Origin: Phoronis australis
Lineage: Eukaryota; Animalia; Phoronida
Direction: 5' to 3'
Assembly (NCBI GenBank): GCA_002633005.1
Contig: NMRA01000418.1
Span: forward strand, 144,435 to 181,015
Length of the DNA stretch: 36,581 bases
The notes under the pieces: generated by a model
Told to the model about the DNA's origin: nothing
Database searches by the model: none
Seen by the model: only the letters and a program-made list of their open reading frames with translations
Position numbers and translations under genes: made by a program
In this document: in pieces, positions 12,135 through 23,750 of the stretch
Numbering within the stretch: the stretch's first letter is position 1
Layout of the letters: each line of letters begins with the position of its first letter

Positions 12135-12500
12135 AGTCCACAACAAGCTGGCTATTTGTATCTTGAGAGTTGCTATCGGTAGCCTTCACTTTCACAGTGT
12201 ACTGGCCTTCATCATCAGGTGTAACTTGTGACAAAGTGATGGTGAAGTCAGTCTTTCCATGAGAGTAGTCAGTAGAACCACGAGATGCATAGTCACCATG
12301 AAATATTCCATCAAGATTAACAGTAGAGGGTGGTACAAAGTACGGGGCTTGAAACACCTCTTTTCCACCTAATTTACTCAATATAACTTCGATAAACTTT
12401 TCACTAGTCTCCAGTTCATAATTTATCCTGAACGTAGCACTTCCACCATTGACACCAATGACATCATTTGAAGTCACGCTTACAGCAGAAACAGCAATAT
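12135..12500 (-). CDS. Exon encoding an N-terminal V-set-like Ig domain without cysteines, same gene as 1963-2286
   Basis: Acceptor cctgttttttactctttcag|AT at 12501 and donor GACT|gtaagt at 12134. The exon is 366 nt, phase 1-1 and open: xIAVSAVSVTSNDVIGVNGGSATFRINY...DYASRGS...FTITLSQVTPDDEGQYTVKV...SQLVVD. V-set hallmarks YxxR, xIxLxxVxxDDEGxY and the terminal LxV are present. It joins the C2 exon in frame as VVD-F-RPSTP. Confidence 0.9.
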
Positions 12501-13299
12501 CTGAAAGAGTAAAAAACAGGAATTTACACTTAACTATACAAAGTACGACTTGCCAATCAGTGGCTCCTAGTTAGTTTGTGCCAACTCATGACAACAAAAA
12601 TTGACACAAAACTGTCAATTCGCACTGTCCGTTTCATAGAAGATTTCTTATTGTGTTGTTGTGGGACACAAAATGAATGTGCACTTCTTTTTGTGAAAGG
12701 TGTAATGTAACAATGATATCTAGAAACTGACTTTTCACATTGACAAAATGACAGTTTTCGACAGGATGGGTTTTGTGATAGCCAAAAATTCAAATATACT
12801 TTCCGAAACTAGAAAACTTAGCCATTCAGATGAGATGGCACCATTATGATAGCTACAGCCTACAGGTATCTGTGCTATGGAATTTTCGAACAATTACCCT
12901 GGAGGAATGGCACGAGTGAAAGTCTAGAACAGTAAAATGCCACAAATATGCACAGCAAAACTGACACACAATACTTTCTTGAAAGCTTGGTCTTGGGGAC
13001 TGCATACATCCCTTTTATGAATGCTTGGATATCAAGAAAGAGCCAAAACTCAGAATAAGCTAGAATCGCAAAATGCAAATGATTATCCATTTATTTTGAA
13101 AATCAATGGCAGCACATTATGTGACATCCAGTCATATTATTACTTGGCAAAATTCTTTTGCCAAGTATGTTGTTCTGACATGTCGTGGCGCAAACGTCAT
13201 TCTTACTTCGATCCAGTCGTAACAAGAGCAACGCGGATCATTGAAATGCGCCCAAGAATGCATTGCAAATGGAGTGCTTTTAGTGTTATTTATATTTGT

Positions 13300-14600
13300 A
13301 TCATAAAAATGGCCACTAGATGGCGCAAAAACATACAATCATCCAAAAACAGGAACATGCCATATTTCATAAGAATCTGTCAAGGAACTTCAGAGAAACA
13401 AAGGAAAACAGAATAAAATCAAATTGCCACTAGTGGGAACAGTGTTCGTTGGATCCACACGAAAGTCGTCGTCTGTTATCTTCATATAAATACACTTACT
13501 AAATTTAATAAAGATCTTGCAGTGGGTTTAGGGGATACAACAATGGGCGCAAAACAAAACTACCACTAGGAGACGCCACAGTAGTCAGTCACCATCATAA
13601 AAGGTAGTCTTCATACTGAGAACATATATGCCAATATTCAAACGACTTGGTTGATACAGGGGTGGACGCCAAAAACAACATTTGAAAACAGCAAAAATGG
13701 CCACTAGGTGGTGCAAAATACCTCGATTCCTTCCGAACAGAAAGATAGCGTCATCACACCAATAGATGCCTATATTTAAATTTTATGAAAATCAGTTGAG
13801 GACCTTTCAAGATACAGAGTTAAACATAAAAAACTAAAATTGCCACTAGGGGGTATACCAACAGTCAGATCTGTCCAAAAGTCGTCGTCGTCCATAGTCA
13901 ACATCATATAAATACACTTGCTAAATTAAGTAAAGATCCTGCAAACAGTTTAGGAGACACAGCCATGAGCGCAACAAAAAACTGCCACCAGCAGGTACCC
14001 CAGTAAACGAAGTCATCAGAAAATCACCATAAGCCGTCCACTTCATAGTAAAAACATGCATGCCAATTTTCATAATTATCCTGAAAACTCAAAAACAGTA
14101 AAAATGGCCACAAGGTGGCACAAACTAGGTCGAATTCATCTGAAAATGGAGAGATAGTGACATCTCATTAATAGATGCCAATATGCCAAATCTTATGAAA
14201 ATACGATGAAGACCTTTGAAGATACGTAAACGTAAAAAATAAAATTGCCACTAGGTGGCACACCAGTAGTGAGATCTGTCCGAAAGTCGACATCGTTTGT
14301 TGTTAACATCATATAAATATACTTACTAAATTTCGTAAAGATCCTACGTCGAATCCATCCGAAAACTGGAGGATAGTGTCATCTAACTAATAGGTGCCTA
14401 CATAACAATTTTCATGAAAATCCGTTAAGGACTTCTGAAGATACAAATGTAAGCATAAAAAATTAAATTGCCACTAGGGGGCACACCGGTAGTCGGATCC
14501 GTCCAAATATTAGATCATGATGTCCCATTCATGAATGGAACATATGTACCAAATTTCATGAACGTATGTCAAAGGGTTTTGGAGATAGAGCAGCAGACGC
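13300..14600 (+). repeat. Tandem array with ~140-bp monomer and ~400-bp three-monomer higher-order unit; second copy at ~36260-36480
   Basis: GCCACTAGRKGG-type cores with CC at 13313, 13427, 13563, 13701, 13843, 13985, 14108, 14248 and 14471. The motif catataaatacactt..taaattt..taaagatc recurs at ~13483, ~13906, ~14310 and ~36424. Confidence 0.85.
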
Positions 14601-15109
14601 GGGACAGAGATGACGGCATAGTGCGTCCACGTACAAATATGTGGGCGCATAAAAATGGCAAGCAAATGTTCCATTTCATGACTGTCACGCCCCCTGAAAT
14701 CACTCTTTTACCACAATGAAATATTCAACTGTGTAGGTTAGTGGTCTTGATAATGGCAATTTCTCGCTTCATAGCGAGATCGCGTGCACGTGCTACTACT
14801 TGTTGTCTGCAAGTGATAATGTCAATGACTAGAAGACTATTTCGGTGACAAACGTGACCAAGTCTCTCAATAACTTTTTACACTGGTGACGTGGTGTGAA
14901 CCAGTCCGATGGCGTTAGGGGAGAGTTATTGGTTCTGTACCAGTTATCATTGTCATACCACTTCATTTCCCGCCAAACTACGTTTGCTTGCCTCCAGAAA
15001 GAGTGATCACTTTTAGCGACCTCAGACGCTGATAACAGAAAAAAACAAGGCGAAATGTCGAGTAGACGGTGAGCATTTTTCACTTTTTTGACATGTTGAT
15101 GTAAATTTT

Positions 15110-15173
15110 AGCTATCCCAAATAATGTGATCAGACGACAACAAGTACAGCAAATGAGTAAACCGATGTGTCAT
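15110..15173 (+). repeat. 64-bp direct repeat, copy 1 (copy 2 at 17009-17072)
   Basis: agctatcccaaataatgtgatcagacgacaacaagtacagcaaatgag.aaac.gatgtgtcat is 62/64 identical between the two copies. Confidence 0.95.
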
Positions 15174-16694
15174 CTGGTAGCTCATTCCCATCTTGATAAT
15201 GACATGAATCCACTGGTCATATTTCTAGATTTTTCTAAAGCTTTCGACACAATAGACCACCAAATACTCTTGCAAAACATAAATCACTATGGTATTACTG
15301 GAGTTGAATATACACTGTTCAAAGTTATCTCTCAAACCGCACACAATATGTTTCACTAAGTGATACAACTTCCAGTTGGTTACCAATATCTACCGGAGTT
15401 CCCCAAAGCTCTGTCCTTGGCCCACTTCTCTTCATAGTTTACATAAATGATCTTTCGTTATCTTCTCCCATGGACACACTTCTTTATGCTGACGACACTT
15501 GCCTCGTCACACCTTACAAACTGACTGAATCTTCCCAACACACTTTACAGCAATCAACCACCATCAACAACCACTTTAAATCTATTTCAGACTGGTTTTC
15601 CGTGAACAAACTTTCAATTAACACATCAAAAAGTAAATTAATGATCTTCCACTACCCCCAAAAGAAAATTGAAAAATGCATTATTCCCACCTTTTATATA
15701 AATAGCAAAACAATGTCATGTGAACAGTTTTCCTTTCCTTGGTATTACTGTTGACAAAAACCTCTCGTGGTCCCCCCACATTAACCTCATCTCAAACAAA
15801 CTTAACAATCTCTGTGGACTCTCATACAAATTGAAATCTTATCTTCCTCTTCCAGCTCTCAAGTTGATATATAATTCACTTGTCCTTCCACATTTAAACT
15901 ATGGCATTGCAACATGGGGCTTTGGCAACACTAAGAAACATCAGACAGCCCAGAAAAGAATCCTTAGGAATATATCAAATTCCAGTTATAATGCTTACTC
16001 TCTGCCCATATGTAAGGAACTTCGCCTCCCTCTAGTTCAAGACATCGTTAAAATCTCAACTGCAAAATTTTACTACAAATTCCTCAATAATCACCTTCCT
16101 AAGTATTTTTACACTAACAACTTCTTTAGTAAACCCATCCAATATAAACCAACCAGACACATTAAAACTCCTACATACCTGAATCAATACGCAGCTGCTA
16201 TACCGACAATACAACCCAAAATTTTAATTCCTCCGTCCAACAAATTGTCATCAAGAGCCTGTATTAGATTTCAGACTCCTCGACTTATAAACAACAGCGA
16301 AATACCAGTCTCTGCTCTAAATATAATAAAAACGCATTCTTTGCAAGCATTCTCCAGGTTCTTAACCAATTTTATTATTAGCAACTACGATCCAGTTTGT
16401 CATATTTTCAATTGCTTCATATGTAACAGTATCTAATTGTATTCTCAAAATCTTCTGAGCTGTGCCAGTTTACTTCTTGGTTCCTGGCGTGTCGGTCGTT
16501 TCCAGCACTAATTCACTGTTTTCTTAAGTATTCCTACTGATTTTTGCATTACTATTTGTTTATTTTGTACAGGGGACCTTCTTATTAGCAGTCAATAACC
16601 TTTAGAAGGCCTCCTAATTGAAATCAAATTTTAATCAATGTATTATTATAATTTAATGTAAATAAAAGCGTTTTCTCTCTCTCTCATCTCTCAT
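15174..16694 (+). mobile_element. 5'-truncated, frameshifted non-LTR retrotransposon (CR1/L2/Crack group): reverse transcriptase (RT) C-terminal half plus 3' UTR
   Basis: RT motifs FLDFSKAFDTIDH, GVPQSSVLGPLLFIVYINDL, YADD (~15485), NKLSINTSKSKLMIF, FLGITVDKNLSW and LPHLNYGIATWG. Frameshifts near 15320 and 15720, stop at 16436, AATAAA at ~16662 and a (CT)n tail. Confidence 0.93.
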
Positions 16695-17647
16695 GCATTA
16701 TTTAGCTAACATAAACACCAATACTTCAACCATTTAGTAATCAAGTATCAGAAGGCCATAATTTACCCATCACAACCGCCATTTAATGGCTAAAACCTAA
16801 CCACCAGTATGACTTCAGTGGTTTAGCCATGCATCGTACCAATTAATGCGATGGGTGACAATGCTGGCTAATTTGTCCGGCACACATTTGTAGCCATTTT
16901 CTTGTCTCATGGTTCATGGGACTTATATGAAATGTACTAGGAATTACGACTGACAGCTGTTAAAAATTAAAGCTGACATCGCTCAATGATACAGCTTTCA
17001 GGATTGCAAGCTATCCCAAATAATGTGATCAGACGACAACAAGTACAGCAAATGAGAAAACTGATGTGTCATTGTTTGATTAAAGATGGCTTTTCAGCAA
17101 TCTATGTTAGTTTCAAATACTATTTGGGTGACCCCTACTTTTTTGCAGATGGCAAAGAACAAATTCCAAAATTCAAGACTTAAAAAGTTTAATGAAAAAT
17201 TGGAACACCCTTAAAATGGATACAGAATAATCATTTGGACCTTTTAAAACTTTTTTTTTCGTTTTTTTTTTAATACCACCATTTGCTACAAAGTCAAAGC
17301 CCTTTACTGGCTAATACAGAGCAAGCTGAATTGGGCATCACAAACAGAACACTAACAATAAGACCGTAATACAGATATTTATTAAATTAAATAATGACTT
17401 TTAACATATAGTAACATGAAAATGGAAGCAGTGAGCATGCAAGCAGTTGTTTTAGAAGACATATCTAGCTAAAGACAAAGACTTGCTGTAAAGGCTAATT
17501 TTCGTAGAATATGTAAAACAAGGTCTAAAGAATGTATGGCATAAAAATCTTTTTAAACTTTAACACTAGTTCATGAACTCCATAAAAATTAACAAGCAAT
17601 GAATTAAGCAAACACTAATTTGGCAACTTCTACATTGAATTGGCTTA

Positions 17648-19399
17648 CCGTATTCGCTGTAATAGCCACCCTCCTCGTCTTTTGGAAACCCTATAAAACG
17701 TAGGCACACATACCTAAATAAGGGCAGCACAAACTTCTCACACGACTTTTCCCACAACTGCTTTCAACGCTTGTTATGACTCGCCGACAAGGGATTACAA
17801 TGCGCCTGTTGCCAGGAATTGTAGAGGTAGAATGGCGGCCGTAACATACAGTGATACGGCGGGTTAATAAGGTGAAGAATAAGAAGATTTAAGATGAAAA
17901 CTATTATCTCTGAACTGAAATTGAAGTGCTGAGATACGGTAAGAGGACTTATTTTTTTAGATTTGCTGTGTTTCTTAGTTCCCTTTCGATATTTTGTTCT
18001 CTGGCTCGTATTTATTTTCGAGTACGATTTCAAGCACACTGCCATACCAAACTTGAAATTTGAGCATAGACTCCGAATTTTTACTCAAAATCGTACTCGA
18101 AATATAGATGAGATACACTTCAGTTCGAGTACACTCGAAAACTGAGTACGTGCTCGAAATTTCGAGTACAGATTTTTCGAGTATGACATTGAATACACCA
18201 AAGCTGAGTCTGTACTCGAGTTGAGTATGAAGTGTGAGTTTGAGCATGATTCGAGTATGAGTACGGAGATTGGAGACCGGGCCCAGTACAGACACATCGA
18301 CTGTCTCATGAATAAAAATAACTCGGTGTTAAACGCACGTGGCCAGGAAGCGCGCGCTACATATATGAACCTGTCATCAAAGACATTAGTTGGAAACTAT
18401 CCATTCATGAAACGGGTAGCAAAGCATCGGTAAGAAATGAATATTGGCACTAATTTCCGACAATTTCTAATACTATAAAACATGTTTGCGTTATTTTTGA
18501 GATGGATTGTTTGATTAACCATAATTGGTGTTTTTAAGCCGAATATCCGATAAAATGACAACTGACAGTGAATGCTTACACACCCTTACATCGAAAAATA
18601 ACTGTCAGATACTTACGTACGCATCCAACCACACGGCGACTAATATGGGCCTTACCGAGACAAATGTCGAACGTTTTTAGCACGTGAGACCGGCAAGTGC
18701 TGAATGAAACACACTCTGGTTTAGGCCTACTGCTTGTGTAAATTTCACACAATGCACATCTAGCTCGTTAGATTGCGTGGCTCTGGCCAAAAGACGGTCT
18801 CTGCTTTTGCAAATGAATTCCAGTGACACCCACGCGCTCGCTTACTCACAAACGCAGAAAAACTTCAAAACAAACGTCAAGTAACAACAACACATGTGTT
18901 CGTCCAGACATTTTTCTCGCCGTGTTGTCGATCATACATGTAGATGGCACGTTGTTGCACAGATTTTTACTTAAACCTGCCGTTAATCCAGACTCCACGG
19001 GAACTTAAAAAAAATCTTAGGGACGTTACTTGGAAAACGTAATGAGGATTTCAGGTAATTTGCTTGAGTCAAAACAATTTTTATTCAAGCATTGAATTCG
19101 CCATATTGAAGACGGCGATTTCAAGGCAGTCGGCGAGTTTTCGCCCTGGGATTTCAGCACAATTTTCTGTAAAATGATCCTAATTTCGCAGCAAAGTTTG
19201 ATAGCAACGCACCACAGTTTTGCTGAAAGTCTTTCATAGTTTACAGATACGTCACAGAGCGTAAATTTCATGAATCTTAACTTCCAATTTCACCCGTTTC
19301 GCAGACCGGGTTTCAACCGCCTTGGGTTATAATAAGCGCGCCCCCACCCCTGAACCGAACTTTTCTAAGCGCCCTGGGCAGTTATTACGGCGAATACGG
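17648..19399. mobile_element. Non-autonomous pogo/Tc1-mariner-type element with TA target duplication, probably composite
   Basis: TA|CCGTATTCGCTGTAATAGCCACCC ... GGGCAGTTATTACGGCGAATACGG|TA, a 20/24 inverted match. No transposase ORF. Confidence 0.7.
17995..18287. repeat. Cluster of short TCGAGTAC/GTACTCGA motifs, a probable nested MITE
   Basis: About ten gagtac/gagtat/tactcga words in both orientations, ending at gagaccgggcccag. Confidence 0.55.
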
Positions 19400-19490
19400 T
19401 ATCACTGTATCATAACTCCAAATTTCTCATTCTTCAGGCTAAATCAAATGAAACAAGATCCATAATTTGTGGAAAATGCATGGCAATCCA

Positions 19491-19891
19491 CAGGGCTCGA
19501 CATAACGAGCTGCAAGTCGCATTTGCGACCTGAAATTTGTAAATGCGTATCAAGTCGCAAAATGCGATCTGGAATTTCCAACGAATGCGAGCTGAGTTTT
19601 TACACTCTTGTTAATCCAATCGTTATTTGGTTATTGACAAATCCAAGTTTAAAAGAACACTAACCTAGAACAGCCCTCCGATGACTTGTAACATGGGATG
19701 TAATAGAATCAATCTTTGACGCGTTTCATTTGCTAACATTTTCGGTCACTTCTGCAAATTTCCGGATTCACCGAAGAAAGTTTCGGGCCACTGCATAACA
19801 CGCGATAAAACATCACGAAACAACTTTGTTTCTACTAATTCTTAAGCGATCAACTTACCCAACACTGTGGTGGACAAATATGTTTATTTTT
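19491..19891 (-). mobile_element. Inverted copy of the right end of the hAT-like element (~8190-8661)
   Basis: cagggctcgacataacgagctgcaagtcgcatttgcgacctgaaatttg matches the reverse complement of 8613-8661 closely. Homology continues to tgtggtggacaaa.atgtttatttt. Confidence 0.85.
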
Positions 19892-21807
19892 TGCGTACGA
19901 GCGTCTCAATAAAAATTTGTATGCGCCAATGACGCCGGGTGCCACCTTAAAATAATACATGCAACAGTTAAATACCCAACCACGAAAACTCTTGATGCGA
20001 AAGAATTCCAATCAAATATTATTACAACAATAAGAAATAACAGCCCATCAGTCCAAGGTTGAAATAATTCCTAACAGGGTTAACATTTTCTGAAACTTGC
20101 CAGGGAAATATTCCACCAGAAAGTTATCTCCAATAATGCAGTTCTGTCAACAACTTTAGGCAACAAAGTTTACTTAAAACTTTCCCAGATAATAGCTAAT
20201 TGCATGAAAGAGAACTGGGGGAAACAACATCGGAATTCTTCCCCTGAAATATCACATTCACCTACCCGATTTTCCTACTTTCTGTGAATCCTACCACTGA
20301 CACTCATTATCAATAATATATGGTTCTACGAAGGGTTTAGCGTATGAAACTTTGAAAGATAAATTTTGTAAGCATGTGTTAAACAGCGGCAGCCGTAAGC
20401 AACGACACCCACGACCTCCAAAATGGAAAACCCAGAGACTAATGGACTTGTCACCCGGGCATTCCGAGTCTGGATCGGCACTGAAGAAGAGGGGGAGAAG
20501 TCAAGACAAGAATCTACGGTGTTGCAGCTTTTCATAAAAAATGGGACTCACCTCGGTTATGTTCTACTTATTGACAGTTTTGAATGGAACTGCATGCCAT
20601 TGACCGAACTTGATCATCGCTCACCAATCGATCAAACTCAGCCGACCAACCAACAAGACACTTGTAAACGACCCTCCCGACGCTCCCTGATTCAAGCAGG
20701 AGCCCATTGTCAACCTTAGCTCTTCGACATTTTTGACGGCAACAAAACAAAAACCCTTCTCGCCTTGACTGCACATTGTTATGCCATGTGACTCAGCCTT
20801 AGGGCACAGCCATTCGTGTCCGCGTAACAGTTCGCTACAGTGCACAGTAACAATGAAACAGAGTTTAAGAACGCTTGGTTACGACTGTAATCTACCAAAT
20901 TAGATTGGTGAAGATGTTATTAACACGAATAAATTTTATTCTTTTATGAATCAGGTAACAAAGCATTCAAAATACAAGGCCGCACATTAATCTTCAAGGA
21001 ATCCCCAGTAAAGTGTTGTTGGAAAAGGGGGCTTTTTAACAGAAAGTCTTAGCTTTGCTGTCTTTGACATTTTTTTCTTGAAATTGTTTTTTAAATTTCA
21101 TGTTAATAAATACATAGTTCGCCAACCTTTTGTTCGTTTTTGGTAATGATAAATTTCCACAAAACTAAATTTGAGACAATAAGTTGCTGCTGAGTGGGCC
21201 TTTAAAAAGAAATTCTTTGAACAAGCCCCCTCATTATCTTAACACTTGACACCAAAAGTTGTAAAACCATGGGCGATTATTCGGCATAATTTTCCGAATA
21301 AATGGCCATGGGCGTTTTGTCGGGTGGGCATATCTACGGAAAATCCTGATACGAAGCTTTTAATATAAAAACGCCGTTGCTCAGCGACAAAAATAAACGA
21401 GTGTCTGATGTTTCTCCACTACCAAATGCATTAAATACAAAGCGTCGCTCGCGTCATTCATGAATATTAGCCCGTATAGAATGGAAAGAAGAGCTAGTGT
21501 GCGACGAAAGAAACTTAGGAAAAAGAGGAAGAAAGTTCACAAAAAGCCGAAAGCCAGGCAAAGAAAACGCCACCAAGATGTCAGTTAGTTACATAGCGGA
21601 GCTGACGATATGTTTTGGACAAAATGAGCAAAAAAAGACTAGGAATGGATCGAATCTGTTCGTTGTAAACGGTGGGTCCACACGGAATGCACCAAACACC
21701 AGCGAGGGCATTGTTTTATGTTTGTCATAATTGTGATTCCAAAGAAGATATGGATTAAAATACATAAACCAGCCAGTTTGTTACAAAACTATAGCTGACT
21801 GATCCAT

Positions 21808-21890
21808 TTTGTTATGTTTGTGCTGGTTTGTTATGTTTGTGCTGGTTTGTTATGTTTGTGCTGGTTTGTTATGTTTGTGGTGGTCTGTTA
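21808..21890. repeat. Minisatellite, 19-bp unit x4.3
   Basis: (tttgttatgtttgtgctgg) three perfect copies plus one variant. Confidence 0.95.
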
Positions 21891-22344
21891 GCACAGATTT
21901 AAGAAGACGTTGGTTCGCGTTCCACTAATATCGAAACATTGTTTGTTCTCATATGTTTTTATGTTGCCAATAAAATGTTTGTCTGTTTGCACTGTTTCCT
22001 TTTTCATCTTTGATTCGTAAAATATTCATATTTATTAGTATAGTACCACTGGTACGATTCTGATGTCTAAAAGGTACGGATTAGACAACTGGTCACATGA
22101 ATGGTACTTTTATTGACTTTTCTACAACTGCGTTTTGCAGCTAAAGTACATGTATGATCATTATTCTTCTAAATCACGTGTGGTTATACCTGTGAAGCCA
22201 CTAATCGCTATGAGATAGCTCCTGATTCCGTGGCTTAGCTCAGCTTGGCGTTCAGAGAGGCGCATCCTCAAGTGGTACGAAACCAGAAACTTTCCCCTAA
22301 TTACAATGGGAATAAAACCAGTTTTTGGACGCAAATGTCTTCCT

Positions 22345-22600
22345 CATCAAAATGCCCACATGGCCAGCGTACCACGCCATAACCCGGGAATCCCAACCCA
22401 TTTTCTGTTAGTGTTAGATCATCAATAAAATGCCCATGTGGTTGGTATACCCCTGCCGTAACCCGAAGAAAAGAGATAACCCCTGCACAATTTTTTAAGG
22501 TCATTTAAGTGCCCATTTGGCCAGTAACTCACGCAGTAACTCAGGTATAGGGGGAACCTCTGCCCAAACTTGTTAGGTAATATTACCCATCTTGGCCGAC
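22345..22600. repeat. Degenerate ~75-80-bp tandem repeat
   Basis: tgcccaca/tgcccatg/tgcccatt...tggcca...taacccg/taactca recurs at ~22353, ~22431, ~22510 and ~22585. Confidence 0.5.
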
Positions 22601-22880
22601 ATCCTCTCCAACTGAATAGGTTGACCTTGGAATGTTGATCGTTTATTTTTTACTTAAGGCAAATGCCTTATCTCATACTGCATTGAGAAAAGGACCTGTG
22701 AATAACATGAAAAATAAAAAGTTCGGTCCATGTAACTGTACTTTTATCAATTATGGGGGTTAGGAAAAGAGAAAATATTTGACAAATAATTTTTGAAAAT
22801 GGCCAAGTTTTCAGATGCTCTAGCCATTTTGGCTAAAATTCTTAAAAGTTTAGTGCAAGCCTAGCTTGGTGAAACTGAAT

Positions 22881-22980
22881 TTTCACCAAGAATGTTGCTC
22901 TGACACCAAGTTTTTTCTTTCTTTACTTGGCCAAAATCTTTCACCAAAAATGTTGCTCTGACACTAAGTTTTTTTCGTTC
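22881..22980. repeat. Short tandem duplication (~59-bp period)
   Basis: tttcaccaa.aatgttgctctgacac.aagtttttt occurs twice. Confidence 0.85.
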
Positions 22981-23612
22981 GCACGATACACGTCGCAATA
23001 TTCATCCGATCCGCTGGATGCCTATTATTTTTAGTCATGATTGTATCCAAGATGGCAGATGTGGCGGCCATTTTCTTTTTGATTTCAGATTCAAATGCTG
23101 ATGAAGGCTGTAATTTTTGAAGAAACGGATGAAAATTGGAACGATTATTGTACCACACCTGTGCTACAGATGTGCCAGAATCCTTAATGGTATCGCCAAA
23201 TGCGCATGCGCACCTCGATTTCGTGATAAAAGCGTTTTTTCTAGTAGAGGGCACATTGAACGACCAATTGCTTTGAAATTTTTCATGTTACTTTTCTGTG
23301 ACTAGCTATTATGAAGTTCTGCTTAAGGGAGTTGCTTTCAACATGGCGGATCTGCCACATTTTCACCCATTTTCAAGCGTGCTGGGATGCCATTTTAAAA
23401 GGGAAGAGCAAGTGACTTCAACTTTTGCATGTGAATTCTTTAAGGGATACTCTTTCATATGAACTCCAACAATTTTTTCCTCCACATGAGTTACTTGAAT
23501 GTATGGTAGGAATACTGTTAATGAATGTGACAGGACGTTAGCAACGGTACATTCATTGTTATGCTTATTTAGTTGTTCATTTATTCGTATGCTAATGTTT
23601 TTGTTGTCTCAG

Positions 23613-23750
23613 TGCGCCTTTGTTTCGTGGACATGCGAGCGTGAATTCTTTCCGACTTTGAAGCAAAACGTATGCAGCACTCATTTTGAGGGCGGCAAGA
23701 AAAGGTATCTTGGAAACTGCCCAACTATATCTCCCTTCAAAGTAACAGTA
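23613..23750 (+). pseudogene. Remnant of a THAP zinc-finger domain (C-terminal half), transposon-derived
   Basis: SWTCEREFFPTLKQNVCSTHFEGGKKRYLGNCPTI matches the THAP pattern W...R..F.P....VCSxHF.......PTI. The N-terminal CxxxxC half was not found. Confidence 0.7.

Noticed and set aside
13300-14600. CRISPR-like regularly spaced repeats
   Set aside because: The spacers are homologous to each other (three-monomer higher-order repeat), the repeats are degenerate, the context is eukaryotic, and there are no cas genes.
18617-18710. Possible first or signal-peptide exon of the Ig gene (minus-strand TCATTC initiator-like word and two GTAAG donors)
   Set aside because: No in-frame ATG with a hydrophobic leader, and the site lies inside a transposon-bounded segment.
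23343-23462. Short ORF MADLPHF...FFKGYSFI upstream of the THAP remnant
   Set aside because: 39 codons, no THAP CxxxxC motif and no clear splice connection, so identity cannot be assigned.
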